The translations under genes were made by a program, and so were the position numbers. A stretch of DNA of 64,000 bases from Myxococcota bacterium (GTDB lineage Bacteria > Myxococcota_A > UBA796 > SXON01): contig JAZKFH010000032.1 in assembly GCA_040386535.1 (NCBI GenBank), forward strand, positions 224,001-288,000, given 5' to 3'. The notes below the pieces were generated by a model. The model was not told the origin of the DNA. It did not search any database and saw only the letters and a program-made list of their open reading frames with translations. Within the stretch, counting starts at the first letter, position 1. Each line of letters opens with the position of its first letter. This document shows positions 47,589 through 56,713 of the stretch, piece after piece.

Positions 47589-49322
47589 ATGGCGCAATCC
47601 ACGATCGCACGCAGGTCCCCGGCCGGGATTCCAGGGTTCGACGAGATGACCGGAGGCGGTCTTCCACGCGGCCGGGTCACCGCGGTCGTCGGCGGGCCGG
47701 GCAGCGGCAAGACGCTCTTCGGGCTGCAATTCCTCGTCAAGGGCGCGCGGGATCTGGGCGAGCCCGGCATCTTCGTGGCGTTCGAGGAGCGCGCGGACGA
47801 CGTGGTGGCGAACGTCTCGGGCTTCGACTGGAACATCGCGGACCTGCGGGGGAACGGGATCGAGGTCATCGACGCCCAGCTCTCCCAGTCCATCGTGACC
47901 GGCGGCGCGTTCGACCTGGTGGGGCTGCTCGCCATGCTCGGCGTGCTGGCGAAGCAGATGGGCGCCAAGCGGGTCGTGTTCGACGGCGTCGACGTGCTGC
48001 TCGCCCACCTCGCCGACTCCGCGCTCGTCCGCTGCGAGGTGTACCGGATCCGGGAGTGGCTCGCGGAGACCGGGCTGACCGGCATCATCACCGCCAAGGG
48101 CGACTCGATGGAGGGCCGCCTCGCCTCCGACTACGAGTTCCTCCAGTTCATCGCCGACTGCGTCGTGTACCTGCCGCTCCGCGTGGTCGACGGCACCGCC
48201 GTCCGCTTCCTGCGCATCGCGAAGTACCGGGGCTGCGCGCACTCCCCCAACGAGATCCCGTTCAACATCACCAGCGCAGGCTTCGAGCTCGCTGGCATGG
48301 GCATCGTCGAGCTCGACCATCCCGCCTACTCGGACCGGGTGTCCTCCGGCGTCGAACGCCTCGACACGATGCTCGGTGGCGGGTATTTCCGCGGCAGCTC
48401 GGTGCTCATCTCCGGGGCGCCCGGCACGGCGAAGACCAGCCTCGCGATCTCGTTCGTCGACGCCGCGTGCAAACGCGGGGAGACCGCGCTCTTCGTGAGC
48501 TTCGACGAGGCGCCCGATCAGATCATCCGCAACGTCCTGTCGATCGGCATCGATCTCGCGCCCCAGGTGGCGGCCGGCCGGCTCCGCATCTGCTCCATGC
48601 GCACGATGGCGGCCGACCCGGAGGCGCACGTCTCGCGCATCCGCGCGCTGCTCACCGAACACGCGGCGACCTACCTCGTGATCGACCCGCTCTCCGCGCT
48701 CACGCGGACCGGCGATGACTCCGTGGCCGAGCGCGCCGGCATCTCGATCCTCGACTACGTCAAGCGCCGCGGGATCACGGTGCTCAGCACCTCGCTGCTC
48801 GGCAACCGGAACCCGATGTCGGAGCAGACGCCGATGGCGGTGTCGACCATCGCGGACACCTGGATGCACGTCTCCTACGTGAACCAAGGCGGCGAGCGCA
48901 ACCGCGCGCTCACCATCATCAAGTCGCGCGGCACGGACCACTCCAACCAGGTGCGTGAGCTCGTGCTCTCGCCCGAGGGCGTGAACCTGGCCGACGTGTA
49001 CCCCGTCGGCGGCGAGGTCCTCATGGGCACGCTGCGGTGGCAGGAGGAGATCAAGGCCCACCGCGACCAGACCGCCGCGCTCTACGAGGCCGAGCTCCGC
49101 GAGAAGAGCGCCGAGCTCGCCCTCGCCGAGACCGTGGCCCGGGCGGGCACGCTGGCCCAGGAGCAGCTGGTGCGGGTCGCCGAGCTGGAGCGCGTGCGCT
49201 CGGAGAAACGTGCCGAGGCCGAACGCCTCGGCCGGACCCAGGCGGGCGTGCTGGCCCGTCGCGGCGCCGACCCCGCGGACGGCTCCCCGTCGAGCCCCTC
49301 CCCCACGGGAGGCTCCAAGTGA
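47589..49322 (+). CDS. kaiC: Circadian clock protein KaiC homolog (double ATPase domain)
   Basis: GGPGSGKT..FEE (CI), GAPGTAKT..FDE (CII), KYRG and KSRG, and VSTIADT phosphosite motif. Confidence 0.94.
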   Translation: MAQSTIARRSPAGIPGFDEMTGGGLPRGRVTAVVGGPGSGKTLFGLQFLVKGARDLGEPGIFVAFEERADDVVANVSGFDWNIADLRGNGIEVIDAQLSQSIVTGGAFDLVGLLAMLGVLAKQMGAKRVVFDGVDVLLAHLADSALVRCEVYRIREWLAETGLTGIITAKGDSMEGRLASDYEFLQFIADCVVYLPLRVVDGTAVRFLRIAKYRGCAHSPNEIPFNITSAGFELAGMGIVELDHPAYSDRVSSGVERLDTMLGGGYFRGSSVLISGAPGTAKTSLAISFVDAACKRGETALFVSFDEAPDQIIRNVLSIGIDLAPQVAAGRLRICSMRTMAADPEAHVSRIRALLTEHAATYLVIDPLSALTRTGDDSVAERAGISILDYVKRRGITVLSTSLLGNRNPMSEQTPMAVSTIADTWMHVSYVNQGGERNRALTIIKSRGTDHSNQVRELVLSPEGVNLADVYPVGGEVLMGTLRWQEEIKAHRDQTAALYEAELREKSAELALAETVARAGTLAQEQLVRVAELERVRSEKRAEAERLGRTQAGVLARRGADPADGSPSSPSPTGGSK

Positions 49323-49609
49323 CCGGCCCCTTGGGAGAAGGCGTCCCCCTCAAGCTCTGTCTCTACATCGCCGGCGACTGGCCGAACTCGCAGCGCGCGC
49401 TCACCAACCTGCGCGAGATGCTGGTCGGTCGGGACGTCGAGCTGGAGGTCGTCGATTGCCTCGAGGACCCGCGCCGGGGCCTGCGGGACGGGATCTTCGT
49501 CACGCCCACCCTGGTGAAGCTCTCCCCGCTGCCGCTCCGCACCATCCTCGGTGACCTCCGCAATCGCGACAGCGTGCTCGAGGCGCTGCTGAGCGCGACC
49601 GTTCCCTGA
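49319..49609 (+). CDS. kaiB: KaiB homolog
   Basis: LYIAG..PNSQRA..NL, LEVVD, TPTLVK..PLPLRTILGDL. GTGA overlap with kaiC. Confidence 0.92.
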   Translation: MTGPLGEGVPLKLCLYIAGDWPNSQRALTNLREMLVGRDVELEVVDCLEDPRRGLRDGIFVTPTLVKLSPLPLRTILGDLRNRDSVLEALLSATVP

Positions 49610-49663
49610 CGCGAGGCGCGCGGCCCCCGCCAGGCGGGGTTCCGCAACCACCGCGAGGGCCAC

Positions 49664-50137
49664 ATGGGCGACGCTGAGACCACGCTCGTGGTCCAGTTCG
49701 ACATGGACGGGCACCGGTTCGGCCTCTACGCGTGCGACGTGGTCGAGATCCTGCGCGCCGCGACGCCGTCCCCCCTGCCCGGCGCGCCGGCGGTGGTGTC
49801 CGGCCTCCTGAACGTCCGCGGAGCGCTGATGCCGGTGTACGACGTTCGCTCGCGGTTCCGTTTGCAGGCGCGGCCGATGCGCGCCACCGATCACCTCATC
49901 GTGGCCCAGATCGGTCGGACGGTGGCGTTCGTCGTCGATCAGGTCCACGCGCTGGTGGCGGTCCCCACGGCGGATATCGCCGCCGCCCAGGCGCTCCCCG
50001 CGCCGTCCGCGGGCGTCTCGGGGGTGGCGCGCCTCGCGGACGGCCTGGTCGTGATCGTGGACTTGAGGGGCTTCCTGTCCGAGGCGGAGTCGGCGCAGCT
50101 CGACGCGGCGCTCGGGCAGCCCGGCGGCGGGTCTTGA
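49664..50137 (+). CDS. cheW: CheW
   Basis: PLPGAPAVVSGLLNVRGALMPVYDVR motif. Confidence 0.92.
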   Translation: MGDAETTLVVQFDMDGHRFGLYACDVVEILRAATPSPLPGAPAVVSGLLNVRGALMPVYDVRSRFRLQARPMRATDHLIVAQIGRTVAFVVDQVHALVAVPTADIAAAQALPAPSAGVSGVARLADGLVVIVDLRGFLSEAESAQLDAALGQPGGGS

Positions 50138-51423
50138 CCGACTGGGAGCCGCTGCTCCACCGGCTGCGCGACCGGACCGGGTTCGCGCTCGGCCCCGAGC
50201 GGATGCCGGAGGTGAAGGCCGCCACGACACGCGCGATGGCGCGGGCCGGGATCGCGGACCTGCCGACGTGGCTGGTAGAGCTGGACGCCGGGCGTGCCCC
50301 CATGGCCGCGCTCATCGACGACCTCATGGTCGGCGAGACCTACTTCTTCCGCGAGCCCGAGCAGCTCGCCCTGCTCGACGACGTGCTGCCGGGCATCCCC
50401 ACGCCGATCTCGTTGTGGAGCGCCGGCTGCGCGTCGGGAGAGGAGGCATACTCGCTCGCCATCATCGCGCGGGAGCTCGGCGTGTCCGAGCGGACGCGGA
50501 TCCGCGGCACCGACATCTCCGGGGCCTCCCTCCAGAAGGCACGCCGGGCCCGGTACGAGGACTGGTCGCTGCGGGGGCCCTCCGCGATGCGCGCGCGGAT
50601 GTGGATGACGTCCGACCACCGCCCGACGCGCCCCGCCTACACGCTCGACCCGCGCATCCGCAACGCCGTGACGTTCGAGCACCTGAACCTCGTCAGCGAT
50701 CCGTACCCGCCGCAGCAGGACGTGATCTTCTGCCGCAACGTCTTCATCTACCTCAAGCCCGACGTGTACACGGCGATCGCACAGCGGTTCTACGAGGTGC
50801 TGGTCGACGGGGGTTGGCTGGTGCTCGCCTCCTCCGATCCGCCGCTGGGGCCGCCGTTCGTGTCGGTGCGGACCGACCACGGCGTGATGTACCGGCGCCT
50901 CGCGGCCGTCGCGTCGCCCGAGGCTCGCCGACCGGCCACCCCACTTCCCGCCGTCGGTCGACGCGAAACTCCTCGGCCGGCCCCCGGTTCGGCGCCGGCC
51001 GCCACGCCCGGCGTCCCCGCCCCCGCCCCCGCCGCCGATCCCGTCGCGATCGTCAAGGCGCTCGCCGACCAGGGGAAGGTGGTGGAGGCCGAGCGCGAAG
51101 CGGCCGACGCATGTCGTGGGGCGGGGATGGACCCCGAGCTGCACTACCTGCACGCGGTGCTCCTCGTCGAGCTCGGCCGCGCTCCGGAGGCGCTCGAGAG
51201 CCTGCGGCGCGTGTCCTACCTCGACCCGGGGTTCGTGATGGCCTGGATGACCCTCGGCACCACGCTCCGCGCCACGGGCGACACCGAAGGGGCCCGGCGC
51301 GCGTTCCGGAGCGCGCAGCGGTTGTGTGCACGGCTCCCGCCGGACGCGCCGATCCCGATGGCGGACGGAGCCACGGCGACTTACCTCGGACGCATCGCCG
51401 CGAGGGAGGAGTCACGCCCTTGA
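50134..51423 (+). CDS. cheR: CheR methyltransferase with C-terminal TPR domain (WspC-like)
   Basis: VGETYFFRE, WSAGCASGEEAYS and IFCRNVFIY motifs, Pro-rich linker, TPR (LRRVSYLDP). TTG start overlaps the cheW stop. Confidence 0.92.
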   Translation: MTDWEPLLHRLRDRTGFALGPERMPEVKAATTRAMARAGIADLPTWLVELDAGRAPMAALIDDLMVGETYFFREPEQLALLDDVLPGIPTPISLWSAGCASGEEAYSLAIIARELGVSERTRIRGTDISGASLQKARRARYEDWSLRGPSAMRARMWMTSDHRPTRPAYTLDPRIRNAVTFEHLNLVSDPYPPQQDVIFCRNVFIYLKPDVYTAIAQRFYEVLVDGGWLVLASSDPPLGPPFVSVRTDHGVMYRRLAAVASPEARRPATPLPAVGRRETPRPAPGSAPAATPGVPAPAPAADPVAIVKALADQGKVVEAEREAADACRGAGMDPELHYLHAVLLVELGRAPEALESLRRVSYLDPGFVMAWMTLGTTLRATGDTEGARRAFRSAQRLCARLPPDAPIPMADGATATYLGRIAAREESRP

Positions 51424-51896
51424 CGGACGAACGCCAGATCCTGGACGAACGCGCCCGCCGGCTCGCGCGGCCCCTCCAGGCCACCGTGCAGGACATCGGC
51501 GCCGAGATGTTGTTCTTCTCCCTGGGAGACGAGCAGCTCGCGATCGAGGTGCGGTACGTCGTCGCGATCGTGCCGCTCCCCGACATCGCGCCGGTGCCCG
51601 ATCTCCCGCCCGTGTTCCTCGGCGTCGTGAACCACGCCGGCGAGATCTTCCCCGTGGTGGACCTGCGGGTGCTCACCAGCGGCCGCCCCACCGGGGACCG
51701 GGCGAAGCTCCTCGTGATCCTGGGCGAGCAGCGCCGGGAGCTCGGGATCGTGGTCACCGAGGCCGAGAGCATCGCGGCGGTGACCGGGGCGCTCCCGTTC
51801 GGCGATTCCCCGCTCATCCGCGGCATCCTCGACGGGCAACGGGTACTGGTCGATGGCGACGCGCTCTTGCGCGATCCACGCCTGTTCTTGACTTGA
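51420..51896 (+). CDS. cheW: CheW (WspD-like)
   Basis: [11 protein letters not shown]-terminus and PVPDLP...[18 protein letters not shown] start. Confidence 0.88.
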   Translation: MTDERQILDERARRLARPLQATVQDIGAEMLFFSLGDEQLAIEVRYVVAIVPLPDIAPVPDLPPVFLGVVNHAGEIFPVVDLRVLTSGRPTGDRAKLLVILGEQRRELGIVVTEAESIAAVTGALPFGDSPLIRGILDGQRVLVDGDALLRDPRLFLT

Positions 51897-51918
51897 CAAC
51901 CGACAGAAAGGGGGCCCC

Positions 51919-53577
51919 ATGCGGCTGACGATTGGGCGCCGAATCGGGGGACTCGTCCTCTTTCTCCTGGTGATCCTGGGCCTTAGCGCCCTGGTCTCCT
52001 ACACCAGCATGGCGGGCGTGGTCGACGCGACGAAGGCGCGCAAGCAGTCCTTCCAGATCCGGCTCCAGCTCGACGCGTTGCTCGCCCAGCTGGTGAACGC
52101 CGAGACCGGGCAGCGCGGGTTCGTCATCACCGGGGAGGACGCCTACCTCGAGCCCTACCTGCTGGCGGTGCCCGCCCTCGAGGCGAACCTCCGGTCGCTC
52201 GGCACGCTGACCGCGCAAGACGCCGAGCAGCAGGGCAGCCTGCTGCGCATCGAGCCGCTCATCACGGTGCGGCTCGCGGAGCTCGAGGGCACCATCGAGA
52301 CCCGCCGGGAGAGGGGATTCGAGGCCGCACAGGCCGAGCTCTTCACCGACCAGGGCAAGACGACGATGGACGCCGTCCGGGAGATCCTCACGCGGATGAG
52401 CGAGCACGAGACACGCGTGCTCGAGGATCGCTCGGCCAAGGCCGAAGCGAGCATCGAGGTGGCGAGGGTCACGCCGATCGTCGCGGGTGTGCTGGCGCTC
52501 ATCCTGGGAGGGATCGCCACCTACGTCGTGTCGCGGTCCATCACGCAGCCGCTGGCGGCGCTCCTCGCCGGGACGGAGCGGATCGGCTCGGGCGATCTCG
52601 ACCAGCGCATCACGGTCTCCGGGCACGACGAGACCACCGACCTCGCCATGGCCTTCAACGGCATGGCCGTGCGGCTCAAGGAGGGCGACGGGCGGGCGCG
52701 GGCGCAATCCGCGCAGCGCGAGCACGTGCTCACCGCGGTCACCGAGACCGTGCAGCAGCTGGCGGCCGCGTCCCAGGAGCTGCTCGCCGGGGCGACCCAG
52801 CAGGCGGCCGGCATGCAGCAGCAGGCGGCCGCGGTCGCGGAGACCGTGACGGTGGTGGACGAGGTCACCCACACCGCGACCCAGGCCGCCGACCGCGCGA
52901 AGTTCGTGGCGAGCTCGGCACGTCGCTCCGAGGAGGTGGCGATCTCCGGAAAGCGCGCGGTGGACGACACCGTGGCGGCCATCACCCAGGCCAAGGTGCA
53001 GGCGGACTCGGTCGCCGGCAACATCGCCTCGCTCGCGGGCCAGACCCAGGCGATCGGCGAGATCGTCGCCCTGATCACCGACATCGCGGAGCAGACCAAC
53101 CTGCTCGCGCTCAACGCCGCCATCGAGGCCTCCCGCGCCGGCGAACACGGGCGCGGGTTCTCGGTCGTCGCGACCGAGGTCAAGGCGCTCGCCGAGGAGT
53201 CCAAGCAGGCGACCCGCCGGGTCCGGCAGATCCTCGGCGACATCCAGAAGATGGCCAATACCGCCGTGTTGTCGACCGAGGAGGGCGCGCGGGGCATGAC
53301 GACGGCCACGCGGCAGGCGGACACCGCCGGCCAGACCATCGAGTCGCTCGGGAGCGTGATCGCCGAGGTGGCGGAGGCCGCCTCCCAGATCGCGGCGTCC
53401 GCCGGCCAGCAGGCGACCGGCCTCACGCAGATCCACCAGGCGATGCGGGACATCAAGCACGTGAGCACGCAAAACCTCGCGGCCACCCACCAGGCGCAGC
53501 GGGCCGCGAGTGATCTCGCGACGCTGGGTACGAACTTGAAGGCGCTGCTCGCCGCTTCCCCGCAACTCGATGGATGA
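51919..53577 (+). CDS. Methyl-accepting chemotaxis protein, TM-CHASE3-TM-HAMP-MA
   Basis: [21 protein letters not shown] (CHASE3), HAMP (DE...LA.AFN.M) and [12 protein letters not shown]. Confidence 0.95.
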   Translation: MRLTIGRRIGGLVLFLLVILGLSALVSYTSMAGVVDATKARKQSFQIRLQLDALLAQLVNAETGQRGFVITGEDAYLEPYLLAVPALEANLRSLGTLTAQDAEQQGSLLRIEPLITVRLAELEGTIETRRERGFEAAQAELFTDQGKTTMDAVREILTRMSEHETRVLEDRSAKAEASIEVARVTPIVAGVLALILGGIATYVVSRSITQPLAALLAGTERIGSGDLDQRITVSGHDETTDLAMAFNGMAVRLKEGDGRARAQSAQREHVLTAVTETVQQLAAASQELLAGATQQAAGMQQQAAAVAETVTVVDEVTHTATQAADRAKFVASSARRSEEVAISGKRAVDDTVAAITQAKVQADSVAGNIASLAGQTQAIGEIVALITDIAEQTNLLALNAAIEASRAGEHGRGFSVVATEVKALAEESKQATRRVRQILGDIQKMANTAVLSTEEGARGMTTATRQADTAGQTIESLGSVIAEVAEAASQIAASAGQQATGLTQIHQAMRDIKHVSTQNLAATHQAQRAASDLATLGTNLKALLAASPQLDG

Positions 53578-55618
53578 GCGTCTCGCGGAGGAGCTCCGCG
53601 GGCTGTTCGTCGCCGAGCTCGAGGAGCATGTCGCCTCGATGAACCGTGAGCTGTTGGCGCTGGAACGCGCGCCGGCCTCCGAGCGGACCGCGCCCATCCA
53701 GGCGCTGTCCCGCACGATCCACACCGTGAAGGGCGCGGCGCGGGCCGCGAGCGTGCCGATGATCGAGCAGGCGAGCCACCGGCTGGAAGATCTGCTCGCC
53801 GGGCTGGTCGCCGGGCGCGTGCCCGCCTCTCCCGACTTCTTCGCGTTGTGGTTCGCGGCGACCGACGCGCTGGCCGACCTGGGGGAGCGCCTCGCGGCGG
53901 GCCGTTCGTGGGAGGACGCGCCGCTCCAGGCGTTGATCCCCCAGATCGCCGTTGCCGCCGGGCACGTCGAGAGCGAGCCCGCGGGGGTGGAAGAGTCGAC
54001 ATCGTCGGGCACCTCGACCGTGGCGCCCTTGCGGGTCGCGGCGGAGAAGGTCGATCTGCTCCTGGCGCGATCGGGAGAGCTGCTGGTGGCGATGCGCCGC
54101 CTCGACGCGGTGGCCGCCGATCTCGAGCGCGCCGGCGTGTGGACCGGCGCGGTGCAGGCCGATCGTCGCGCCGTCACGACCGCGGCGGAGGCCCTCGACG
54201 AGGTCATCCGGCGGCTGCGGATGATCCCCTTCCGCGAAGGCATCGCGCACCTCGACCGCGCCGCGCGGGACGTGGCGGCGTCGAGCGGCAAGGACGTGGC
54301 GCTGGTCATCGTCGGGGGCGATCTCGAGGTCGACCGCGCCGTGTTGGACGCCATCCGTGATCCGATGCTGCACCTCGTGCGCAACGCGGTCGACCACGGG
54401 CTCGAGGAGCCGGCCGTGCGCCTCGCCGCCGGCAAGCCCGCGCAGGGCACGGTGACGATCACGGCCTCGCTCGGCGGCGCCGACGTGCTGGTCACCGTGG
54501 CGGACGACGGCCGCGGCATCGATCCGAACGCGATCCGGGCGCAGCTCCAGCGGCGCGGAATGCCGGAGCCGGCGGACGAGCACGAGCTGATCCGGAGCGT
54601 GTTCGCCCCGGGCTTCTCCACCGCGCGGATGGTGACCGACCTGTCCGGCCGCGGTGTCGGCCTCGACATCGTGCGCACCGCCGTCGAGGAGCTCCGCGGC
54701 TCGATCGACGTGTCGATCGGCGCAGGGACGACCTTCTCGCTGCGTGTGCCGCTCACGTTGTCGACGTTGCGGGTGCTCGAGGTCACCGCCGCGGGGCACA
54801 CCTACGTGATCCCGGCGTCCGCCGTGAAGGTGCTCCTCCGCATTGGAGATCAGGACGTGCACGAGGTGCGTGGCATCGCCACGATCGCGTTGGACGGCCA
54901 TCCCGTGCCGCTGGTGCCCCTCACGAGTCTGCTCGGGCTCCCGACGGCGAGCCCGTTGGCCGGCGGCAAGGTGCCGGTGGTGGTCCTGACCCACGGCACG
55001 GACGTGGCGCTCGTCGTCGACACGCTCACCTCCGAGGGCGAGGTCATGGTCAAGGGCCTCGGGCATCGTCTCCGTGGAACCGGGGGGGGCACCGGCGGGA
55101 CCACGCCCGCCCGCGGCCGGGTCGTCTCGGGCGCGACCATCCTCGCCAACGGCCGCGTCGCCTTGATCCTGGACGTGCCTGAGATCGTCGCGCGAGCGCG
55201 GCACGGCGGCAGCACCATCGGCGCGATCGTCGCCGGCAAGGACACCGCGCCGAAGCGCCGCGTTCTGTTGTGTGACGACTCGATCACCACCCGGAGCCTC
55301 GAGCGGAGCATCCTCGAAGGCGCCGGCTACACCGTGTTCGTCGGGGTCGACGGCGCGGACGCGTGGCGCCTGCTCCAGGAGACGCCCAACATCGACGTCG
55401 TGGTCTCCGACGTCGAGATGCCGCGGATGGACGGCTTCCAGCTCACCGAGACAATCCGGGCCTCGCCCCGGTTCCAGCACCTCCCCGTGATCCTCGTCAC
55501 CGGCCTCGCCAAACCCGAGCACCGCGCCCGCGGGCTCGCGGTCGGCGCGAGCGCCTACCTCGTGAAGAGTGACTTCGATCAGCAGCAACTCCTCGACACC
55601 ATCGAGCAGATCACATGA
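53570..55618 (+). CDS. cheA: Hybrid CheA-REC kinase (WspE-like)
   Basis: [27 protein letters not shown], a CheW domain, and C-terminal REC (SDVEMP). Confidence 0.95.
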   Translation: MDERLAEELRGLFVAELEEHVASMNRELLALERAPASERTAPIQALSRTIHTVKGAARAASVPMIEQASHRLEDLLAGLVAGRVPASPDFFALWFAATDALADLGERLAAGRSWEDAPLQALIPQIAVAAGHVESEPAGVEESTSSGTSTVAPLRVAAEKVDLLLARSGELLVAMRRLDAVAADLERAGVWTGAVQADRRAVTTAAEALDEVIRRLRMIPFREGIAHLDRAARDVAASSGKDVALVIVGGDLEVDRAVLDAIRDPMLHLVRNAVDHGLEEPAVRLAAGKPAQGTVTITASLGGADVLVTVADDGRGIDPNAIRAQLQRRGMPEPADEHELIRSVFAPGFSTARMVTDLSGRGVGLDIVRTAVEELRGSIDVSIGAGTTFSLRVPLTLSTLRVLEVTAAGHTYVIPASAVKVLLRIGDQDVHEVRGIATIALDGHPVPLVPLTSLLGLPTASPLAGGKVPVVVLTHGTDVALVVDTLTSEGEVMVKGLGHRLRGTGGGTGGTTPARGRVVSGATILANGRVALILDVPEIVARARHGGSTIGAIVAGKDTAPKRRVLLCDDSITTRSLERSILEGAGYTVFVGVDGADAWRLLQETPNIDVVVSDVEMPRMDGFQLTETIRASPRFQHLPVILVTGLAKPEHRARGLAVGASAYLVKSDFDQQQLLDTIEQIT

Positions 55619-56658
55619 GCGCGTTCAACATCCGGGTCCTCGTGGCGGACGACTCCCCCACGGCTCGGGCCCTCCTCGTCGGCATGTTGTCGGCGTCCAG
55701 CGGGATCGAGGTGATCGGCCAGGCGAAAGACGGCGCCGAAGCCGTGGAGATGACCGCCCGGCTCAAACCGGACCTGGTCACCATGGACATCGAGATGCCC
55801 GTCATGAACGGGTTCGACGCGACGCGCCGGATCATGAGCGAGTGCCCGACGCCGATCGTGCTGGTGTCGTCCCTGGACGTGCGGAGCGTCGAGATCTCGA
55901 TGGAGGCGCTCCGCGCCGGCGCGCTCGAGGTCATCCCCAAGCCGGTCGGCCCCACGTCGCCCGGCCACGCCGAGCAGGCGCGGTACCTCGCCGCCACGGT
56001 GCGGGCGATGTCGGACGTGCGGCTCGTCCGCCGCTGGTCGACCGTCGCGCCCTACAAGGACCCGGAGCCCGCGCCGCAGGCCGTGACCCAGACCGCCAGG
56101 ATCGTCGCGATCGCCGCGTCGACCGGCGGCCCGGTGGCGCTCCACAAGCTCCTCGGCGATCTCCCCGTCACCTTCGCCGTCCCGATCCTCATCGTGCAGC
56201 ACATGGCGACGGGGTTCGGAGACGGCTTCGCCACCTGGCTCGACGGCAGCGTGCCGATGCCGGTGAAGGTCGCCCGGCTCGGCGAGCCGCTCCTCCCCGG
56301 AGTGGCCTACCTCGCGCCGGACGGCAAGCACCTCGGCGTGTCCGAGCGCTCGACCGTCGCCTTGTCCGACGCGCCGCCGGTGGGCGGCTTCCGCCCGGCC
56401 GGGACCTACCTGTTCCAGTCCGTCGGCCGGGTGTACGGGACCGGCGCGCTCGGCGTCATCCTCACCGGGATGGGCAGCGACGGCCTGGAGGGCCTGCGGA
56501 CCCTCAAGGCCGCTGGCGGCTACGTGATCGCCCAGGACGAGGCGACCTCGGAGATCTTCGGCATGCCCGGCGTGGTCGTCGAAGCGGGCATCGCCGACCG
56601 GGTGTTGCCGCTGCCCCGCATCGGCGAACACCTCGTGCGGCGCACCACCAAGGCCTGA
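55615..56658 (+). CDS. cheB: CheB methylesterase (WspF-like)
   Basis: TMDIEMP, ASTGGP, QHM, LTGMGSDG and FGMP motifs. Confidence 0.95.
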   Translation: MSAFNIRVLVADDSPTARALLVGMLSASSGIEVIGQAKDGAEAVEMTARLKPDLVTMDIEMPVMNGFDATRRIMSECPTPIVLVSSLDVRSVEISMEALRAGALEVIPKPVGPTSPGHAEQARYLAATVRAMSDVRLVRRWSTVAPYKDPEPAPQAVTQTARIVAIAASTGGPVALHKLLGDLPVTFAVPILIVQHMATGFGDGFATWLDGSVPMPVKVARLGEPLLPGVAYLAPDGKHLGVSERSTVALSDAPPVGGFRPAGTYLFQSVGRVYGTGALGVILTGMGSDGLEGLRTLKAAGGYVIAQDEATSEIFGMPGVVVEAGIADRVLPLPRIGEHLVRRTTKA

Positions 56659-56665
56659 CCCCTCG

Positions 56666-56713
56666 GAACGGCGCCGGCTCTGAACGGCGCGGGCCCTGAA
56701 CGGGGCGGGCCCC
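56666..56713. repeat. 3 x 16-bp imperfect tandem repeat
   Basis: GAACGGCGCCGGCTCT / GAACGGCGCGGGCCCT / GAACGGGGCGGGCCCC. Confidence 0.75.
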
